A stretch of 32,000 nt of DNA. It comes from Mycobacterium tuberculosis H37Rv. GTDB lineage: Bacteria; Actinomycetota; Actinomycetes; Mycobacteriales; Mycobacteriaceae. Below the pieces are notes generated by a model. That model was given only the letters and a program-made list of their open reading frames with translations. It did no database searches and had not been told where the DNA came from. Made by a program: the position numbers and the translations under genes. Position 1 is the stretch's first letter. Each line of letters starts with the position of its first letter. The stretch is taken from NCBI RefSeq assembly GCF_000195955.2, contig NC_000962.3:1980001-2012000 (forward strand). Direction: 5' to 3'. Positions 27,832-32,000 of this stretch are shown here, in pieces.

Positions 27832-29172
27832 ATGAGGGCGCTACCGGCCGGGCGGCACTTCTTCCGGGGCAGTGACGGGTACGAGGCGGCTCGCCGCGGC
27901 ACCGTGTGGCATCGGCGCGTACCGGATCGCTACCCCGAGGTGATCGTTCAGGCTGTCAGTGCTGACGACATTGTCAGCGCCATCCGCTACGCCACGGTCA
28001 ATGGCCATAAGGTGAGCGTCGTGTCCGGTGGGCACAGTTTTGCCGCCAGCCATCTGCGCGATGGCGCTGTGCTGCTCGACGTGAGCCGGATAGACCACGC
28101 CTCCATCGACGCCGATAAGGGCCGCGCGGTCGTCGGTCCAGGGAAGGGCGGCAGCGTGCTCATGGCCGAACTGGAGGCGCAGGGCCTGTTCTTCCCGGGT
28201 GGCCACTGCAGGGGAGTCTGTCTCGGAGGTTATCTGCTGCAGGGCGGATACGGCTGGAACAGCCGGATCTACGGCCCGGCGTGCGAGAGCGTGATTGGCC
28301 TGGACGTCATCACCGCCGACGGCGCGCAGATCCATTGCGACGCAGACAATCACGCCGATCTGTACTGGGCCGCCCGCGGCGCCGGTCCGGGCTTTTTTGG
28401 CGTCGTCACCTCGTTTTACCTGAAGCTGTATCCGAGGCCGGCCACCTGTGGCACCAGCGTCTATGTCTACCCATTCGACCTTGCCGACGAGGTCTTTACC
28501 TGGGCCCGCGCGGTCAGCGCCGAAGTCGACCCTCGGGTCGAGCTGCAAGCCCTTGCCTCCCGCGGTGAACCGAGCATGGGCATCGACGTCCCCGTCATCT
28601 CCCTTGCCTCGCCCGCTTTCGCTGACTCGCCCGAAGAGGCCGAACAGGCCCTCGCCCTGTTCGGCACCTGCCCGGTTGTCGAGCAGGCACTGGTCAAAGT
28701 CCCTTATATGCCAACCGATTTGCCTGCCTGGTATGACGTCGCGATGACCCACTACCTGTCAGACCATCACTACGCGGTGGACAATATGTGGACGTCGGCG
28801 TCCGCTGAGGACCTGCTGCCGGGTATCCGCTCAATCCTGGACACGCTGCCCCCGCATCCGGCGCACTTCCTCTGGCTGAACTGGGGTCCATGCCCTCCCC
28901 GTCAAGACATGGCCTATAGCATCGAAGCCGACATCTACTTGGCGCTCTACGGCTCCTGGAAGGATCCGGCCGACGAGGCGAAGTACGCCGACTGGGCGCG
29001 GTCCCACATGGCCGCGATGTCGCATCTGGCGGTCGGCATCCAGCTCGCCGACGAGAACCTCGGTGCGCGTCCGGCGCGCTTCGCCAGCGACGCGGCCATG
29101 GCCAAGCTCGACCGGGTGCGCGCCGAATACGACCCCGACGGTTTGTTCAACAGTTGGATGGGAAGAATCTGA
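27832..29172 (+). CDS. FAD-linked oxidase (VAO/BBE-like, FAD_binding_4), 446 aa (probably Rv1774)
   Basis: KVSVVSGGHSFAASH and the LQGGYGWNSR motif are typical of BBE-like flavoenzymes. A GGAG SD lies 7 nt upstream of the ATG. Confidence 0.85.
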   Translation: MRALPAGRHFFRGSDGYEAARRGTVWHRRVPDRYPEVIVQAVSADDIVSAIRYATVNGHKVSVVSGGHSFAASHLRDGAVLLDVSRIDHASIDADKGRAVVGPGKGGSVLMAELEAQGLFFPGGHCRGVCLGGYLLQGGYGWNSRIYGPACESVIGLDVITADGAQIHCDADNHADLYWAARGAGPGFFGVVTSFYLKLYPRPATCGTSVYVYPFDLADEVFTWARAVSAEVDPRVELQALASRGEPSMGIDVPVISLASPAFADSPEEAEQALALFGTCPVVEQALVKVPYMPTDLPAWYDVAMTHYLSDHHYAVDNMWTSASAEDLLPGIRSILDTLPPHPAHFLWLNWGPCPPRQDMAYSIEADIYLALYGSWKDPADEAKYADWARSHMAAMSHLAVGIQLADENLGARPARFASDAAMAKLDRVRAEYDPDGLFNSWMGRI

Positions 29173-29990
29173 TGGCCAGCGATCTGTACCTGGGCTACCG
29201 CAACGACGACGCGGACACGCCGTTCGGCAAGTTCTTCAAACCCGAGATGGCCCCGCTGCCACAGCATGTCGTGGTGGCGTTGCAGCATGGCCCCCAGGCC
29301 GGGATGGCGTTGCTCGCCTTCGACGACGCCGCGAGCATCGTTGATGAGGGCTATCAGCAGACCGAGAACGGCTACGGGATTCTCGGCGACGGCAGCATGC
29401 AGGTATCCGTGCGCACCGACATGCCCGGGGTCACTCCCGCGATGTGGGCATGGTGGTTCGGCTGGCACGGCAGCGACACCCGCCGCTACAAGCTGTGGCA
29501 CCCGCGGGCCCATCTATCGGCGCGGTGGAAGGACGGCGACCAGGACAGCGGGGCCGGCCGTCGGGGCGCGCAGCGTTACGTCGGCCGCTGGTCGATGATC
29601 AGCGAGTACATCGGCTCGACGAAACTGGGTGCCGCAATACAATTCGTCGAGCCGGCGGCCATGGGTCTGCCCGACGACAGCGACGATACGGTGTCGATCT
29701 GTGCGCGGTTGGGCTCTGCTGACGCCCCGGTGGATGCGGGCTGGTTCGTCCATCAGGTCCGATCGACGCCGGGCGGGTCCGAGATGCGGTCACGGTTTTG
29801 GATGGGCGGACCGCACATCGCGGTGCGCAAGGCACCCGAGGTCGCGTCCAAGGCGGTGCGTCCCATCGCGTCGAAGCTAATCGGCGTCTCGGAATCGACC
29901 GCGCGTAATCTGCTGGTGTACTGCGCGCAGGAGATGAACCACCTGGCGGGGTTCTTGGCGGACCTGTGGGAAAGCTTCGGTGACGAGTGA
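29172..29990 (+). CDS. Conserved protein, possibly DAPG-hydrolase (PhlG)-like hydrolase, 272 aa (probably Rv1775)
   Basis: The ATG overlaps the upstream stop by 1 nt (TGATG). A Trp/His-rich core (MWAWWFGWHGSDTRRYKLWHPRAH) is present. The family assignment comes from memory only. Confidence 0.7.
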   Translation: MASDLYLGYRNDDADTPFGKFFKPEMAPLPQHVVVALQHGPQAGMALLAFDDAASIVDEGYQQTENGYGILGDGSMQVSVRTDMPGVTPAMWAWWFGWHGSDTRRYKLWHPRAHLSARWKDGDQDSGAGRRGAQRYVGRWSMISEYIGSTKLGAAIQFVEPAAMGLPDDSDDTVSICARLGSADAPVDAGWFVHQVRSTPGGSEMRSRFWMGGPHIAVRKAPEVASKAVRPIASKLIGVSESTARNLLVYCAQEMNHLAGFLADLWESFGDE

Positions 29991-29994
29991 GGTT

Positions 29995-30555
29995 TCAGCT
30001 TTGCTCGGCAAACGCTGGCGCCACGTATTTTTCGACCAGCCGGCGTTCGGCTTCGTCGTTCTCAGCTGGCCAATACATCAGTGAGAGCACCACGCGTACC
30101 ACCCATTTCGCGCCTTGCGGATCACCGCCGGCTATGCCGGTGAGCTCGGTAGCAAAGTCCGCAAGCAACGGTGACTCGGTGAGCCAGGCCAATTCACCGG
30201 CGCCACCGTGGATCGAGCCGAACATGAGCTTGCCCAGCGGGTCGGATCGGATTCGCTGAAGCGATAACAGGATCGCCGCGACGACTCGCTCCCGCCCCCG
30301 CAGAGTTTCGACATCCGAGCGCACGCCGTCGGCGATCCGGGCCGCGGCCCGGGTCAGAACGACATCCCGGATCTGGGCCTTGCCGCCGGCACGGCGGTAG
30401 ATGGTCGCTCGGGAGCAGTGGACCTCGCGGGCTAATTTGTCGATGTCGAGTGCGTTGAGCCCGTAGCGCGTAATGAGGTCGGTTGCGGCGGCGTAGATCC
30501 GTTCGGCAGCGATCGTGCGGCGGTTGCCGCCCACGATCCAATCGTTACCCGGCAC
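29995..30555 (-). CDS. TetR-family transcriptional regulator, 186 aa (probably Rv1776c)
   Basis: N-terminal HTH (LDIDKLAREVHCSRATIYRRAGGK). GTG start at 30555. Confidence 0.88.
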   Translation of the reverse strand: MPGNDWIVGGNRRTIAAERIYAAATDLITRYGLNALDIDKLAREVHCSRATIYRRAGGKAQIRDVVLTRAAARIADGVRSDVETLRGRERVVAAILLSLQRIRSDPLGKLMFGSIHGGAGELAWLTESPLLADFATELTGIAGGDPQGAKWVVRVVLSLMYWPAENDEAERRLVEKYVAPAFAEQS

Positions 30556-30595
30556 TGGTCAGGCGCATTTCCATCGAGAGGCGAAGAGCGATTCT

Positions 30596-30608
30596 TCTCA
30601 TAGTGAGA
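30596..30608. promoter_or_regulatory. Palindrome TCTCA-TAG-TGAGA in the TetR/cyp144 divergent intergenic region (weak operator candidate)
   Basis: Perfect 5-bp arms. TTCTCAT recurs at 30624-30630. A palindrome of this size is expected by chance many times in 32 kb, so only the location supports it. Confidence 0.2.
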
Positions 30609-30655
30609 CACAAGCCTTACTTATTCTCATCGTAGTTGCAGGTCCGCCTCCCGCG

Positions 30656-31960
30656 GTGAGACGTTCGCCGAAAGGCTCCCCGGGCGCAGTTCTCGACTTG
30701 CAGCGACGCGTTGACCAGGCGGTATCCGCCGATCACGCTGAACTAATGACAATTGCCAAGGATGCCAACACGTTCTTTGGTGCCGAATCCGTGCAGGACC
30801 CCTACCCGCTGTATGAGCGCATGCGCGCCGCAGGCTCGGTCCACCGGATCGCTAACTCGGACTTCTATGCCGTGTGCGGTTGGGACGCTGTCAATGAGGC
30901 CATCGGTCGTCCGGAGGACTTCTCCTCGAATTTGACCGCCACGATGACCTATACGGCCGAGGGCACCGCTAAACCGTTCGAGATGGACCCACTCGGCGGA
31001 CCCACACACGTGTTGGCCACCGCCGACGATCCTGCCCACGCCGTGCACCGCAAGCTCGTGCTGCGTCACTTGGCGGCCAAGCGGATCCGCGTTATGGAGC
31101 AGTTCACCGTACAGGCTGCCGACCGGCTGTGGGTCGACGGCATGCAGGATGGGTGCATCGAATGGATGGGCGCCATGGCCAATCGCCTACCGATGATGGT
31201 CGTAGCTGAGCTCATCGGCCTGCCCGACCCCGACATCGCCCAGCTGGTGAAGTGGGGATACGCGGCCACTCAGCTACTCGAAGGGTTGGTCGAAAACGAT
31301 CAGCTCGTCGCCGCGGGTGTGGCGTTGATGGAGCTCAGCGGTTACATCTTCGAGCAGTTTGACCGTGCCGCGGCCGATCCGCGGGACAATCTGCTCGGTG
31401 AGCTTGCCACCGCCTGCGCATCGGGGGAGCTGGACACTCTCACCGCCCAGGTCATGATGGTCACCTTGTTCGCCGCCGGCGGCGAGTCCACGGCGGCGCT
31501 GCTGGGCAGCGCGGTATGGATACTGGCGACACGTCCCGATATCCAGCAACAGGTGCGCGCGAACCCCGAGCTGCTGGGAGCGTTTATCGAAGAGACGCTG
31601 CGTTACGAGCCGCCATTTCGCGGCCACTACCGCCACGTGCGAAACGCCACCACCTTGGACGGCACGGAACTGCCCGCGGATTCGCACCTGCTGCTGTTGT
31701 GGGGCGCGGCCAACCGCGATCCAGCCCAGTTCGAGGCACCCGGCGAGTTCCGTCTTGACCGTGCAGGAGGCAAAGGCCACATCAGTTTCGGAAAAGGGGC
31801 CCACTTCTGTGTCGGCGCTGCACTGGCACGCTTGGAGGCTCGAATCGTCTTGCGTCTGCTGCTCGATCGCACCTCGGTAATTGAGGCAGCCGATGTCGGC
31901 GGGTGGTTGCCCAGTATCCTGGTGCGCCGCATCGAGCGGCTAGAGCTAGCTGTACAATAG
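30656..31960 (+). CDS. cyp144: Cytochrome P450, 434 aa from GTG 30656 (alternative ATG 30746 gives a form 30 aa shorter)
   Basis: Heme-thiolate loop FGKGAHFCVGAALAR, ExxR (ETLRYEPP) and an I-helix (AGGESTA). The track ORF start at 30515 would overlap the divergent TetR gene. Confidence 0.9.
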   Translation: MRRSPKGSPGAVLDLQRRVDQAVSADHAELMTIAKDANTFFGAESVQDPYPLYERMRAAGSVHRIANSDFYAVCGWDAVNEAIGRPEDFSSNLTATMTYTAEGTAKPFEMDPLGGPTHVLATADDPAHAVHRKLVLRHLAAKRIRVMEQFTVQAADRLWVDGMQDGCIEWMGAMANRLPMMVVAELIGLPDPDIAQLVKWGYAATQLLEGLVENDQLVAAGVALMELSGYIFEQFDRAAADPRDNLLGELATACASGELDTLTAQVMMVTLFAAGGESTAALLGSAVWILATRPDIQQQVRANPELLGAFIEETLRYEPPFRGHYRHVRNATTLDGTELPADSHLLLLWGAANRDPAQFEAPGEFRLDRAGGKGHISFGKGAHFCVGAALARLEARIVLRLLLDRTSVIEAADVGGWLPSILVRRIERLELAVQ

Positions 31961-32000
31961 GCGCTCGACGACTCCTATTGCAGCACAACGGATATCAGCA

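Noticed and set aside
30515-30655. Extended cyp144 start at 30515 and similar maximal-ORF starts (13066 for WS/DGAT, 12685 for wag22, 15159 for the 127-aa protein, 18554 for HNH)
   Set aside because: The extensions overlap neighbouring genes or IS sequence, lack family homology, and displace well-defined N-terminal domains or coupled start sites.

Overview
This window is Mycobacterium tuberculosis complex DNA. It has about 65% GC, two identical 1355-bp IS6110 copies, two PE_PGRS genes and one PPE-MPTR gene. From memory (not checkable here) the gene order matches the H37Rv-type Rv1751-Rv1777 IS6110-rich variable region. Order left to right: the 3' part of an FAD monooxygenase; a decayed Gfo/Idh/MocA oxidoreductase; PPE24 with two in-frame minisatellites; a secreted Pro-rich Asp-box protein; a plcD 3' fragment, IS6110 (minus orientation) and a cut1 3' fragment; wag22 (PE_PGRS); a WS/DGAT acyltransferase; a coupled pair (tandem-YbjQ protein plus small partner); IS6110 (plus orientation); a C-terminally truncated DUF222/HNH protein; a frameshifted IS3-family transposase remnant; a CsoR-family regulator plus AhpD-like protein; PE_PGRS31; a 3-gene operon (PLP enzyme, M28 peptidase, gulonolactone dehydrogenase-type flavoenzyme); a mini ANTAR protein; an IclR regulator divergent from a BBE-like FAD oxidase plus hydrolase-like protein; and a TetR regulator divergent from cyp144. 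I found no rRNA, tRNA or CRISPR array. I see no convincing wholly new multi-gene system. The best candidates for undescribed biology are: (1) the Rv1766/Rv1767-type pair, a CsoR-family repressor lacking the Cu-ligand His next to a CxxC AhpD-like protein, each preceded by the same TACCC-N4-GGGTA palindrome; (2) an orphan mini-ANTAR gene whose leader carries three CCGATATC copies and a hexaloop hairpin; (3) an 11-bp direct repeat operator candidate in the IclR/oxidase intergenic region. The structural findings rest directly on the sequence: both IS6110 copies lack target-site duplications and abut truncated genes, wag22 carries an internal PE-linker relic, and PPE24 carries VNTRs. All locus names and family assignments come from my recognition of motifs. 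No searches were run.
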